NCBI GenBank assembly: GCA_965240325.2
Contig: OZ251224.1
Coordinates: forward strand, 2,976,001-3,040,000
Direction of reading: 5' to 3'
Length of the DNA: 64,000 bases
Source of the DNA: Rebecca billardiae RCC1528
Lineage: Eukaryota > Protista > Haptophyta
Of this stretch, positions 13,301-21,145 are shown one piece after another. Positions within the stretch are counted from its first letter, which is position 1; every line of letters begins with the position of its first letter. A program made the translations under genes and the position numbers. The notes under the pieces were generated by a model. That model worked only from the letters and a program-made list of their open reading frames with translations, searched no databases and was not told the DNA's origin.

Positions 13301-16300
13301 CCGTGCAGCGGCAGCCGCTGCGCGCGGTGCTCGCGGGCGGCGACAGGCGCGTGCCCGCCGCCCAGCCGCTGCGCGTCGACGCCTCCGCCTCGCACGACCC
13401 GAACGAGGGCGAGAGCGCGAGCGCGAGCAGCGGGCTGGCCTTTGCGTGGTCGGTGGTCGCCGAGGGTGACGGCGCGGCGGTGGCGCTGCCGGAGCCGAGC
13501 GCGTCGAGCGCCGTGCTCGAGCTGCCGCCGGGCGCGCTCGAGGTTGGCTTCTACGCGCTCACGCTCACCCTCTCCAAGCCCGGCTTCGACGCCGTCTCGG
13601 CCTCGGCGCGCGTCGAGGCCGTGGCCGAGCACATCCCGACGCTCAGCGTCGCGCCGCTGCGCCGCGCCAAGTTGAGCGCGGACTGGGAGCTGGGCACCGA
13701 GCGGCTGGCACTGCGCACGCGGCTCGACGCGGCGTCGGAGGCGCTGCGCGAGTCCGGCGCGGCCTCGTTCGCGTACGCGTGGGCCGCGGTGCTCCTCGGC
13801 GACGACGGCGCCGAGCTCGACGCCGGGCTCGCGCTGCACGACACGGCCGCGGTCACGACGACCGGCGCGGCCGGCCCGAGCCTCGGGCTGCGGCCGGGCG
13901 TGCTCACGCCGGGGGCGACGTACTCGTTCCGGCTGCTGGTGAGCGCCAGCGGCGGCGCGTTCGCCGCGGAGCAACGCGCGTACGCCGAGGTGCGCGTCAC
14001 CATCAACCGCCCGCCGTACGGCGGCGAGCTCAGCGTCGAGCCCGCGGCCGGCGGCGTGGCGCTGCAGACGCGCTTCCGGCTGCGCGCGCCCGGCTGGGCG
14101 GACGACGCGGAGGACCTGCCGCTGAGCTACGCGTTCGCGCAGCGGCGCGCGGGCGCCGAGGGCGGCGGCGCGTCGCTCGGCGCGGCGGGCGCCGCGTCGA
14201 CCACCGACGCGCTGCTCCCCGCGGGCAATCGCACGCTGAGCGTCGTCGTCCGCGACGCGCTCGGCGCGCGCGCGAGCGCGGACGCGAGCGCGCTCGTGCG
14301 CGCGCCGCCCGCGCTCAGCGCCGAGTCGCTCGTCGGGCTGCTCGAGCGCGCGCGCGCGGAGGTCGCGATCGGGCAGGGGGGGCGCGCCAACCAGCTCGTC
14401 GGCGTGATCGCCGGGCTGCTCCCGTCGAGCGAGCCCGCAGCCTCGGGCAACGCGAGCCTGCTCGGCGAGGCGCTGGACGTGCTGCTGGGTGTCACGCACG
14501 GCGCGGCCGCGGCGGGCGCGTCCACGGCGGAGAGCCGCGCGCTCGCGGCGAGCACGCTGGGCGCGCTGCTCGGGAGCGTCGAGCCGAGCGCGCTGAGCGC
14601 GAGCGCGCAGCACGCCGCGCTCGCGCAGGTCGCCGCGCTCTCCGCGCAGTCGGCCGAGGAGGGCATGGACGCGCGGAGCGTGCGCTCGCTGCTCGGCGCG
14701 CTCGACGCCGCGCTCGCGGCCCCCACGCAAGGGCTCTCCGCCGCCGACGCGGACGCGATCGGCGGCGCGGCGACGGACGCGGCGACCGGGCTCGCGGGCG
14801 TGCTGCTCGCCGGCGCGCTCGCCGGCGAGCCCGCCGCCGAGCTGCTCGGCGCCGCGGTCAACCTCACCGCGCGGCGCGCGAGCGCGTCCGAGCTGCGCAA
14901 CGGCACGCTCGGCGGGCCGGGCGGCGCCGGCGCCGTCGAGCTGCCGCAGGGCGTGTTCCACGCGCAGTCGGAGGCGGCGCTGGAGGGCGGGGTGGACGCG
15001 GTGATCTGGGCGATGGCGCGCAACGTGCACGGCGCGAACAGCTCGGCGGGCAGCGTCGAGGGCGGCCTCGCCACGCCCGTCTTCTCGGTGACCCTCTACT
15101 CGGCAGCCTCGGGCGCCGCGCTGCGCGTGAGCGGCCTGGATGCGCCGGTGCTGCTGCGCATCCCGCTGGGCGCCGAGGCGGAGGCGGGGGGCGGCGGCTC
15201 GTCCGAGCTGGCGTGCATCTTCTGGGACGAGGCGGCGCGCGAGTGGGCCGGCGACGGCTGCGCCGCCGTGCCCGGCCCCGAGCCGTCGCTCCACTACTGC
15301 GCGTGCACGCACCTGACCGACTTTGCGGGCGTGTCCGTGCCGTCGTCCGCGGACGGCGCGCGCGAGGACGTGGAGAGCTTCACGATCAACACGCTGAGCG
15401 TGGACGAGCTGGGCCGCCCGCTCACCTCCGCGCCGTCGCTCGAGACCAACCCGTACATCTACGCCGCCGTGATCGGCCTCTCCGCCGCGTGCGCGCTCAG
15501 CGTCGCGCTCTTTGGCGCGCTCGACGCGCGCGACGCGCGCCGACGGCGCGCGCGGCTGGCGGCGCTCACGAGCCGGCTGCACCCCGCGCTGCCGCCGCCC
15601 AAGGGCGCGGCGCTCGACAGCCCGACGGCGAAGGGGAGCGAGTCGGCGCGCTCGAGCACCTCCTCCGAGAGCCGCACCACGCGCGGCGGCTCCTTCAGCT
15701 TCCGCCAAGGGCTGCGCACGCTGCGCGGCCGCGGCGGCACGGACGCCGAGCGGCGGCGCGCGGCGGCAAACGCGGCGCAGCGCTCGACGGACCGGGCGAT
15801 GGAGCGGCTGGCGCAGCGGGAGGCGGCCGATCGCGAGCTCAAGCGCGCGGCGGCGCGCGAGGCGCGGCGGCGCGGCGGCGCGGCGCGCGGCGCGCCCAGC
15901 AGCGCGCCGGCCTCCGCGTCCTTCGCCACGCCGCGCCCGCCCCCGCCGCCCGCTGACGGCGGCGCGGCCACCGCCGCCGCTTCGGACGGCGCCGCCGTGC
16001 AGACGCTGGCGCAGGCGATCGCGGCCGGGCTCGCCTCGCGCCCGTCCGCGGGCGCGGAGGCGGAGCCGCGCGAGCCGCTGCTCAAGGCGCGTGCCGCCTC
16101 GCGCGGCGACCTCGCCGACCAGCTCGAGGCGCGCCTCGACGCGCTCGACGACTTGGTCGCTCAGAAGCGGCACGCGGCGGCGGCGTCGATGCAGCGCGTG
16201 TTCAGGGGGCGGCGCGCGCGCGCGGCCGTCGCGACGATCGCGCCGCCGGCGGCGCCGCGCGGCGCGGACCGCACGCGTGACCACGCGGCGACGGCGCTGC

Positions 16301-18954
16301 TGCGCCGCGTGCTCCTCAAGATCCAGTCGGACCACTCGCTCCTCGGCATCGCCTTCGCCGACCCGCAGGACGCGAAGCGCGCCGAGCTCGCGCAGACGTT
16401 CTGGTCTGTCGCAATGCTCGGGCTGCTGATCACGTGCATGCTGTACTCAACCTCGGACGCGCCGGCGGAGGGCTCGTCCGAGCGGATCAACCTGATCCAC
16501 GCGCTCCTGACCGCGCTGCTCACCGCCGCGCTCACCGCGCCCGCGCTCGCCCTCTTCCGCGCGCTCTTCCGCTGGGGCTACGGGCGGCGCGCCGCGCCTC
16601 TGTCGAAGCGCGTGTTTGCCGCGTTCCTCAGGGCGGAGCTGCAGGAGCGGGAGGCGGAGCGCGCGCCCTTCTCGCTCAGCGTGCGCAAGGGCGTGGCGAG
16701 CGCGCTGCTGCAGCTCGAGGCGTCGCGCAGCAGCTCGCGCTCCACCTCGCGCTCCGGCTCCTTCACCGGCGGCTCGTTCCAACTGCGCCGTCGCTTCTCA
16801 GACCGGCGCGCGGGCGGCTCGTGGCTTCGGTTCGAGCTGCCGGCCGCGGCTGCGCCGGCCGCGGCCACGCCGGCGGCGGAGGTGCCGCCCGGCCTGTCGC
16901 CGCCCACGCCCAGGCGCGTCGGCCCGCCCGGCGCGCTGGTCAGCCCCCGCGCCGACAGCTTTGGCGAGGAAGAGCCGGGCGCCGCCGCCGCCGCCGCGCC
17001 CACGCCCCCGCCGCAGCCCTCGCCCGTGCCCTCGCCGCGCGGGCAGCGCGTGCCCTCGCCGCGCGGGCAGCGCGAGCGCAGCGGCAGCCGCGCCGCCGAG
17101 GCCGAGGGCGCGGCGCGCGCGGGCGAGGGTGAAGCGCGGGCCGCTGCGGCCGATGCGGACTTGTCCGAAGGCGCCGCCGACGCCGCTTCGGCCTCGGCAC
17201 CCGCCAGCGCTCCGGCCGCGCGCCCCAAGCCGCCGCCGCCGCGCAACGCGCCTCCGCCGCCGCCTCTGTCCCGCCTCACGGGGGGCGGCAAGCACGGCCG
17301 CTCCGCGGGCTCTGCGAGTGGCTCTGCGAGTGGCTCCACGAGTGGCAGCGGCAGCGCCGCCCGCTCGCCGCAGCACGCCGCGCCCGTGTCCTTCGAGCCG
17401 TTCCGACGGGAGCGAGCCGAGGCGGTCTCAGAGATGCTCGCCCGCATCGAGCGCGCGTCAACGGCGAGCGCGGCCGAGTCCGACCCGGGCGTTCGGCTGG
17501 TGCCGCCGCGCGCTGTCGCAGTGCCCACGGCTGGCGGCGTGCCGCGCGCCAACCCTCGACTGCGCATCAGCCCGTTCGGGAGCGCCGCCGCCACCGCCAT
17601 CTCGCCCCGGGCCGACGAGGCCGCCGTCGGCACGACCGGTGCAAGCGCCGCCTGCCGAGACTTGCACTCGAACCGCAGCCGCTCGGCCGGGCCGAACACC
17701 CCCATACGCACGCCGCCCGCGCTGCTGCACGGCTCCGACGAGCACGGCGCCGACGGCACGGCCGAAGGCGGCGCGATGCTCGGCTCTCCGGGCATCCGCG
17801 GTGTCGCCATCGCCGCGTGGGCGCAGGCGGAGGACGGCGCGGACGCTGGCGGCGCGGACGCGCCACCCGCAATGCCGCCTCTGGAGCCGGTGCTCACCCC
17901 GGACGGCGTGGCTGGCTCGAAGCGCCCGGGCTCGCGGCCGTCGAAGGGCTCGGAGTCGTCGCCGGCCGGGCGCCACACGCCGTCATCGCGCCGCCGCGCG
18001 CGCCTCCAAGGCCACAGCAAAGCCGACGCGCTGCGCGATGCGGGCGGAGCACTGCGCGCCGGCCCGGAGCTCGTGCGCACCGCGAGCGGCGACGACACGG
18101 CCGACGAGGGCGAGCTCAGCGGCATGACCAGGATGACGATCGCGCTCCCGGAGCCGTCGCCGCCGAGCAGCCCGCCTGCGCCGCCACCGCCATCGAGCAC
18201 GGGTGCACCGCCGGCCGACTCGAGCGCCAACCCTCCCCGCACCCACACGGCCGCGCCGCCCGGGGCCGACACTGCCGCTCCCGCCGCCGCCGCGCCGGAC
18301 GGCGCGTCGGCCATCATGCAGCCCAGCGCGGGGCACAACCTGGACGAGGTGACGATCGAGCTGCTGCGGCACAAGTTCAAGCTCTTCGACGCCGACGACA
18401 GCGGGTACGTCGACCTCGCCGAGTTTGGCGCGCTGCTCGACAACCTCGGCTTCCGGCTGGGCAAGCGGCGCGTGCGCGCGCTCGCCAAGGAGCTCGACGC
18501 GGACGGCGACGGCGTCATCTCCTTCACCGAGCTCGTCGACTGGTACGACGAGATGGTGGAGGAGGAGGTGGCGGCGGCGGCGCGCGCGGAGGCCGGGCTG
18601 CGCGGGGTGCTCACCCGCGCGCTCCGCGCCACCGCGCTCCCGCCGCGCGTGCGCCTCGCGCTCGCGTGGCTCTCGATGTGGGCCATCTTTGTCGCGCTCG
18701 CCCTGCTCGCGATGGCGTACGCGTTCAGCTTTGGCAACGAGCAGACGCGCTACCTGCTCTTCAGCTGGACGCTCGCGGAGGGGCAGACGCTGAGCATCGA
18801 GGAGCCGGTCGTCATCGCCGTGATTGTCCTCGTCCCCCTGCTCTTCGACCGCCTCCTCGCGACCGGCGGCGCGACGGGCGAGGCGATCAACGAGCTGCTC
18901 GCCACGACGGTCGGCATCTGCGTCCACTGGATGCACACGGTCGGGACGTGCTGA
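4354..18954 (+). CDS. Giant polycystin-1/REJ-like cell-surface receptor (~4,866 aa) with FG-GAP propeller and extensin-like stalk
   Basis: Signal peptide MRALPLRALLLLALG at ATG 4354. Repeated GDxDGDGxxDxxxGAP FG-GAP motifs (~4420-5600). SPPP(P) stalk (~5600-11330). IPT/TIG-like repeats (HPPGGPVRGGTVVTVLGAGF). REJ-like region (LDASAS..., INRPPYGGELSVEPAAGGVALQTRF). GPS motif CIFWD...W..DGC...CACTHLTDFA (~15211-15330). About 5 TM helices, an IQ-like motif MQRVFRGRRAR, and two EF-hands (DADDSGYVDLAEF, DADGDGVISFTEL). One uninterrupted ORF. Confidence 0.9.
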   Translation: MRALPLRALLLLALGRTSCAFVRVTHEHKISALYGGLGPSAIGAGDALGDSGLAMVGDVDGDGVSDAVAGLPGASAGAGAAIVLFLRANGTVHAEHRLESAQGGLPTFAAGGAFGMGVAGIGDRNSDSVPDVMIGAPSAGTGGAVYVCYLTASGAVGSSFEISQGSGGFTGSIGSGDGFGRGLANIGDVDGDGRSDLLVGAPTDGGGAAWVLFTNDDVTVRSHTRIAKNTGGLSINLGPNDKFGWSAAPLGDLDGDGTPDALVSAPGDNPGAVLVLFLNPDGTVKAEQQIAEGVGGLGAALGSWDYFGRGLATLGDLGLDGALDVAVGAPKDDDLAAETGSFYVLALSTSGTVLDERKFSNSAGGLSLQLGAEVLMGSALAARAPSADGTVLLLAGAPADADGGADAGALYAYELGPPSPPSPPPSPPPSPSPPPSPPPPGPPPSPPPSPPTSPPPRPPPSPPPSPPHPAPPPSPPPSPPPSPPPSPPPPSPPPPLPPPSPPPSPPPPSPPPSPPPSPPPAPPPTSPPPSPPPSPPPSPPPSPPPPSPPPSPPPSPPPSPPPSPPPSPPPAPPPPSPPPSPPPSPPPSPPPSPPPPSPPPSPPPSPPPSPPPSPPPPSPPPCPPPSPPPSPPPSPPPPSPPPRPPPSPPPSPPPSPPPSPPPSPPPSPPPPSPPPSPPPGPPPSPPPSPPPPFPPPSLPPSPPPSPPPSPPPPSPPPSPPPSPPPSPPPSPPPPSTPPSPPPSPPPSPPPSPPPPSTPPSPPPSPPPSPPPSPPPPFPPPSPPPSPPPSPPPSPPPPSPPPSPPPSPPPSPPPSPPPPSTPPSPPPSPPPSPPPSPPPPSPPPRPPPSPPPSPPPSPPPPSPPPSPPPSPPPSPPPSPPPSPPPSPPPSPPPPSPPPSPPPSPPPSPPPSPPPPSPPPSPPPSPPPSPPPSPPPPSPPPRPPPAPPPSPPPSPPPPSPPPSPPPSPPPSPPPSPPPPSTPPSPPPSPPPSPPPSPPPPTPPPSPPPSPPPLPPPSPPPPSPPPSPPPSPPPSPPPSPPPPSPPPRPPPSPPPLPPPSPPPPSTPPSPPPSPPPSPPPSPPPSPPPSPPPSPPPSPPPPSPPPSPPPSPPPSPPPSPPPPSPPPRPPPSPPPSPPPSPPPPSPPPSPPPSPPPSPPPSPPPPSTPPSPPPSPPPSPPPSPPPPTPPPSPPPSPPPLPPPSPPPPSPPPSPPPSPPPSPPPSPPPPSPPPRPPPSPPPSPPPSPPPPSPPPSPPPSPPPLPPPSPPPPSTPPSPPPSPPPSPPPSPPPSPPPSPPPSPPPSPPPPSPPPSPPPSPPPSPPPSPPPPSPPPRPPPSPPPSPPPSPSPPSPPPSPPPSPPPSPPPSPPPPSPPPSPPPSPPPSPPPSPPPPSPPPGPPPSPPPSPPPSPPPPTPPPRPPTSPPPSPPPIPPPPSPPPSPPPSPPPSPPPSPSPPSPPPSPPPSPPPSPPPSPPPPSPPPSPPPSPPPSPPPSPPPSPPPSPPPSPPPPSPPPSPPPSLPPSPPPSPSPPSPPPSPPPSPPPSPPPSLPPPSPPPSPPPSPPPSPPPSPPPPLPPPTPPPPPPPSPPPSPPPPSPPPSPPPSPPPPLPPPTPPPPPPPSPPPSLPPPSPPPSPPPPSPPPSPPPSPPPSPPPSPPPSPPPSPPPSPPPPSPPPSPPPPLPPPTPPPPPPPSPRPSLPPPSPPPSPPPSPPPSPPPSPPPPSPPPSPPPSPPPSPPPSPPPPSPPPSPPPSLPPAPPPSPPPPSPPPSPPPPLPPPSLPPSPPPSPPPSPPPPSPPPSPPSSPPPSPPPSPPPSPSPSPPPSPPPPSPPPSPPPSHPPSPPPSPPPPSPPPSPPPSPPPSPPPSPPPPSPPPSPPPSPPPSPPPSPPPPSSPPIPPPSPPPSPPPSPPPPSPPPRPPPAPPPSPSPIPPPPTPPPSPPPSPPPSMPPSMPPSPPPSVPPSLPPSPPPDPPPSPPPNLPPPSPPPSPPPTPKPSPPPSLPPSPSPSRPPSSPPKPPPSPPPNLPPSLPPPSPLPPSQPSSAPPSPTPSPPPSPPPSTTPPPPGSPPPSPPPSTPPSAPPSEPPSEPPSPSAPPLLPPSMPPPSGPPSSPPSAPPSSPPAPPPPSPVPREPPSAPPAVPPSPPPPSPPPAPPPPPRTLPFPPPAPPVPPHSPPPSSPPPPPGSPPPSPPPSTPPSAPPSEPPSEPPSPSAPPLLPPSMPPPSGPPSSPPSAPPSSPPAPPPPSPVPREPPSAPPAVPPSPPPPSPPPAPPPPPRTLPFPPPAPPVPPHRPPPSSPPPPPRSPPPSPPPSTPPSAPPSEPPSEPPSPPPPPPPSTPAAMLLSGAPAGAPLGSASTLTLLGAGFASLSGAQCAFTPLDAAGAPTGVPGSTLLTAAHALDDTRAECAPPRPESAAAYSLALALGEGDAESTVEPLFGAVTFELYELGAVSVASVHPPGGPVRGGTVVTVLGAGFAEYGAGQLCCVLPGARSGVCAAPATLLAEAPGGVSRARCTLPAAPAGEPGEVALEMSLGNGTAETTTSSGGATFRYYLEPEITAVVPASGGAGGGTSVGVLGVGLDGLGESSLLRVRFGDADAEPPTRGNGSHVGVVTRYGAAGRAAVRVSLNGQQFTPAEGAEEQGSVFFEFVGLHAPRLLSARFNAQATALLLRFDAQPTDRAGMSGAQPCSVVLDDGSVDLLRGGGSAAPLCYWADDSTLVAQLSALTTVRPGSALALRGAALLPRACADGCAEREQLYAAGGATIDADAPFGVGVPGPTPIAAISGPSLVSNCPDASITLDASASVRGGIGPATFEWRVDPSRSARAAALNAHLRALPADTAVLALGGDELGVRGAFVFVLRVTSWLGHASEPAEHAVLRSGGASPSLSLLGPAARELLAPSALLLQGRADLAPCWPPSFEPAVEFAWRLVSVEPSPAESAANASAIKRPDLSAARASELLLAPFSLSARHTYTFELSASMAAAPTQRATATVRVAVQRQPLRAVLAGGDRRVPAAQPLRVDASASHDPNEGESASASSGLAFAWSVVAEGDGAAVALPEPSASSAVLELPPGALEVGFYALTLTLSKPGFDAVSASARVEAVAEHIPTLSVAPLRRAKLSADWELGTERLALRTRLDAASEALRESGAASFAYAWAAVLLGDDGAELDAGLALHDTAAVTTTGAAGPSLGLRPGVLTPGATYSFRLLVSASGGAFAAEQRAYAEVRVTINRPPYGGELSVEPAAGGVALQTRFRLRAPGWADDAEDLPLSYAFAQRRAGAEGGGASLGAAGAASTTDALLPAGNRTLSVVVRDALGARASADASALVRAPPALSAESLVGLLERARAEVAIGQGGRANQLVGVIAGLLPSSEPAASGNASLLGEALDVLLGVTHGAAAAGASTAESRALAASTLGALLGSVEPSALSASAQHAALAQVAALSAQSAEEGMDARSVRSLLGALDAALAAPTQGLSAADADAIGGAATDAATGLAGVLLAGALAGEPAAELLGAAVNLTARRASASELRNGTLGGPGGAGAVELPQGVFHAQSEAALEGGVDAVIWAMARNVHGANSSAGSVEGGLATPVFSVTLYSAASGAALRVSGLDAPVLLRIPLGAEAEAGGGGSSELACIFWDEAAREWAGDGCAAVPGPEPSLHYCACTHLTDFAGVSVPSSADGAREDVESFTINTLSVDELGRPLTSAPSLETNPYIYAAVIGLSAACALSVALFGALDARDARRRRARLAALTSRLHPALPPPKGAALDSPTAKGSESARSSTSSESRTTRGGSFSFRQGLRTLRGRGGTDAERRRAAANAAQRSTDRAMERLAQREAADRELKRAAAREARRRGGAARGAPSSAPASASFATPRPPPPPADGGAATAAASDGAAVQTLAQAIAAGLASRPSAGAEAEPREPLLKARAASRGDLADQLEARLDALDDLVAQKRHAAAASMQRVFRGRRARAAVATIAPPAAPRGADRTRDHAATALLRRVLLKIQSDHSLLGIAFADPQDAKRAELAQTFWSVAMLGLLITCMLYSTSDAPAEGSSERINLIHALLTALLTAALTAPALALFRALFRWGYGRRAAPLSKRVFAAFLRAELQEREAERAPFSLSVRKGVASALLQLEASRSSSRSTSRSGSFTGGSFQLRRRFSDRRAGGSWLRFELPAAAAPAAATPAAEVPPGLSPPTPRRVGPPGALVSPRADSFGEEEPGAAAAAAPTPPPQPSPVPSPRGQRVPSPRGQRERSGSRAAEAEGAARAGEGEARAAAADADLSEGAADAASASAPASAPAARPKPPPPRNAPPPPPLSRLTGGGKHGRSAGSASGSASGSTSGSGSAARSPQHAAPVSFEPFRRERAEAVSEMLARIERASTASAAESDPGVRLVPPRAVAVPTAGGVPRANPRLRISPFGSAAATAISPRADEAAVGTTGASAACRDLHSNRSRSAGPNTPIRTPPALLHGSDEHGADGTAEGGAMLGSPGIRGVAIAAWAQAEDGADAGGADAPPAMPPLEPVLTPDGVAGSKRPGSRPSKGSESSPAGRHTPSSRRRARLQGHSKADALRDAGGALRAGPELVRTASGDDTADEGELSGMTRMTIALPEPSPPSSPPAPPPPSSTGAPPADSSANPPRTHTAAPPGADTAAPAAAAPDGASAIMQPSAGHNLDEVTIELLRHKFKLFDADDSGYVDLAEFGALLDNLGFRLGKRRVRALAKELDADGDGVISFTELVDWYDEMVEEEVAAAARAEAGLRGVLTRALRATALPPRVRLALAWLSMWAIFVALALLAMAYAFSFGNEQTRYLLFSWTLAEGQTLSIEEPVVIAVIVLVPLLFDRLLATGGATGEAINELLATTVGICVHWMHTVGTC
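5602..11330 (+). repeat. Coding Ser-Pro (SP3/SP4) tandem repeat, including a 360-bp unit repeated about 2.2 times at ~10510-11300
   Basis: CCG/CCA/TCG/AGC codon array read directly from the sequence. Confidence 0.95.
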
Positions 18955-19144
18955 TTTCACATCGTCACTGGTGAGTCGTGATGATCGCCTCGCCCGGTCA
19001 GAGGCCATCGTCACTGCTGGCGGATGTCGATCATCACCTGAGCTCGGATCACGCACACTTAATATATGATGATGCTAGACACTACTGTCACTAGTAGATC
19101 GCGAGTGCAATAGTCCGACGAAGATATATCGCAGTCTACACTTA

Positions 19145-20126
19145 TCTCTTTGTTGGCCGAAGATACGCTAGCGTCCTTCCGACCACAAAATCGCGAAAAA
19201 CGCCGCAATCGCTTGGTTTTCAGACCTCGGCCCCAGCGGCAAATGCGTTCAGCGACCTCGAAAACCTTGGGACCCGCTCGGGTTTGGGCGTCAGGTGCCG
19301 CAGGCGACCGTCCGACCGCCGGAACCGTCCAAAAGTCGAAGGACGCTAGCGTATCTTCCTTTTGAGGGTGCCGGTAGTACGCTAGCGCCGGCTATGTTCG
19401 AGACCTCAGAGGCTAAGACTTCAGCCAGAGGTGCCCCAGGAGGTGCCCAACATGATTGACTTAATGGGCAGCAAGCGCCGCGCACGTCAGAGAGCTCCAC
19501 GACTGACGTTTTGAGCGACACGCTCAGCGACGCGCTCGGCAGCTCGTCGTCGGACGACCAACAGCATTGAGGGGTCACGGCGACAGCACACAGGGCGGGC
19601 TAGTCGGCGGGACGTACGGCATTCGCGACTCTATCAACTGTTGACGAGCGCGCGGTGGCAGCGGCGCGCTGGTCGCACCTGCAACGCCCTGCTCAGGCAC
19701 CGCGGCCACCGCGCTGCTGGCCACGCCCCCGGCTCGTGCCGCAGCGGCCGCGCGTAGCTTGCACTGGCGCAACTGGCGTGGCGGGCGGCAGCGCGGTGGC
19801 ACTCGGGGCGATGGCGTTGACGATGATAAGTTGCTCCATCGCCACAGCCCGCTCGAAGCCCTGCGCCGCGCCGCTTTCCTCCGCCTCACGCCGCGCAGCG
19901 CCGCAGTCGTCCAAATCACGACCGTCGTCGAGCGCGGTCGCCTCTGGAGGGCCGTCATCGGCATCAGAAGAGAATGTCTCGTCATGTGAGTTGTCGTTGA
20001 GGTCCCAGGCATCAATCGCGCCCGCGGCCGCCCTCGCGCGCGCCTCCTACGCGCCGTCAGAGCTCACGCGCGCCGGGGCGCCATCGAAGATACGCTAGCG
20101 TATCTTCCCCGCGGCCAACAAAGAGA
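19145..20126. mobile_element. ~1-kb MITE, family M1, copy 2
   Basis: TA-TCTCTTTGTTGGCCG...CGGCCAACAAAGAGA-TA, in the same orientation as 2784-3774. Confidence 0.9.
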
Positions 20127-20140
20127 TAGGGACCCACAAA

Positions 20141-20204
<64 letters not shown>
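20141..20204. repeat. (AC)n(TA)n compound microsatellite
   Basis: Seen directly. Confidence 0.95.
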
Positions 20205-20208
<4 letters not shown>

Positions 20209-20305
20209 CCTTGACCCTGCATACGTAACCAATGCCTGGATGCGGCAGGCGCATACTTATATGATGCAGACACTCCTTGTTGGGATTTTTTCGTCGTCGT
20301 AGAAC

Positions 20306-21145
20306 ATGTTGCAGCCCACAGCAGGCTGCCGTGGGGCACAGCAGGCAGCGACCAGAAGCAGGCGAGTGCGCGAGGCCTCCACGCTGTTCAACGGTCTGTT
20401 TGCGGAAGTGCACGCGCTGCTCGCCTCTGAGCTCTCGAACCAGCTGCCGACGCACCTTCTCCCGCGCCTCGAGTTCGTCGCCGCCGGCTCGGTGGCTGCT
20501 GCGCGGCTCATGTCGTTCATCGAGAGCGTGGACTCCGCCGCGCTCGTCGCCGCCCGCGCGGGCCGCGTCCTCGCCTACCAGCTCGCGGCGGCGGGCGGAC
20601 CGGCGCCGGCGGCGCCGAGCAGCGCGGCGCCGCCTCCGCCCGCGCCCGGTCGCGGCGCCTCCCGCAAGCGCGCGCGGGGCAACGGGCAGTCGCCGGCCGT
20701 CGCTACTCTCGCCGCCGGCGCCGCCGTTGGCCCCGCTGCGGTTGCCACCGGCGACGGTGGCGTTGCTGCTCCCCCCGCCGACTTGCGCGTCGTCGTCTTC
20801 AACAAGTCGACCAACGTCGGCTTTGTCGAGTCGCAGTCGCTCAACTGCTTCGGCGCCGGCAACCTCGCGCACGGCGGCCCCAAGCTCTACGACCGCGCCC
20901 GCTTCGTCGCAGCGTACAAACGGGCGACCGGCGTTGAGCCGTGCCTGCCCGTCGTCTCGGCGCGCTTGCCGCACACGCGCAGCGCGCAGGCTCGCCTCGC
21001 GCCCCTCGCGAGCTCCCGCTGCCCCTGCCCGCAGGCGGCCGGGCACACTGCGTACGGCAAGGGGGCCCACAACGCCTCTGCCGTCTCGCTCGAGGCGCAC
21101 GCGATCGCGACGCCGGCGGGTTTTGCGATGCCGGCGGGGTTCTAA
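20306..21145 (+). CDS. gag-like ORF1, 3' part, with Cys/His-rich C-terminus
   Basis: Lies upstream of and overlaps the RT ORF. Contains PCLPV...RCPCP...GH....GAH. The 5' end is probably lost. Confidence 0.6.
   Translation: MLQPTAGCRGAQQAATRSRRVREASTLFNGLFAEVHALLASELSNQLPTHLLPRLEFVAAGSVAAARLMSFIESVDSAALVAARAGRVLAYQLAAAGGPAPAAPSSAAPPPPAPGRGASRKRARGNGQSPAVATLAAGAAVGPAAVATGDGGVAAPPADLRVVVFNKSTNVGFVESQSLNCFGAGNLAHGGPKLYDRARFVAAYKRATGVEPCLPVVSARLPHTRSAQARLAPLASSRCPCPQAAGHTAYGKGAHNASAVSLEAHAIATPAGFAMPAGF

Noticed and set aside
12283-18974. Long Arg-rich alternative-frame and antisense ORFs
   Set aside because: Expected at this GC content and show no domain motifs.
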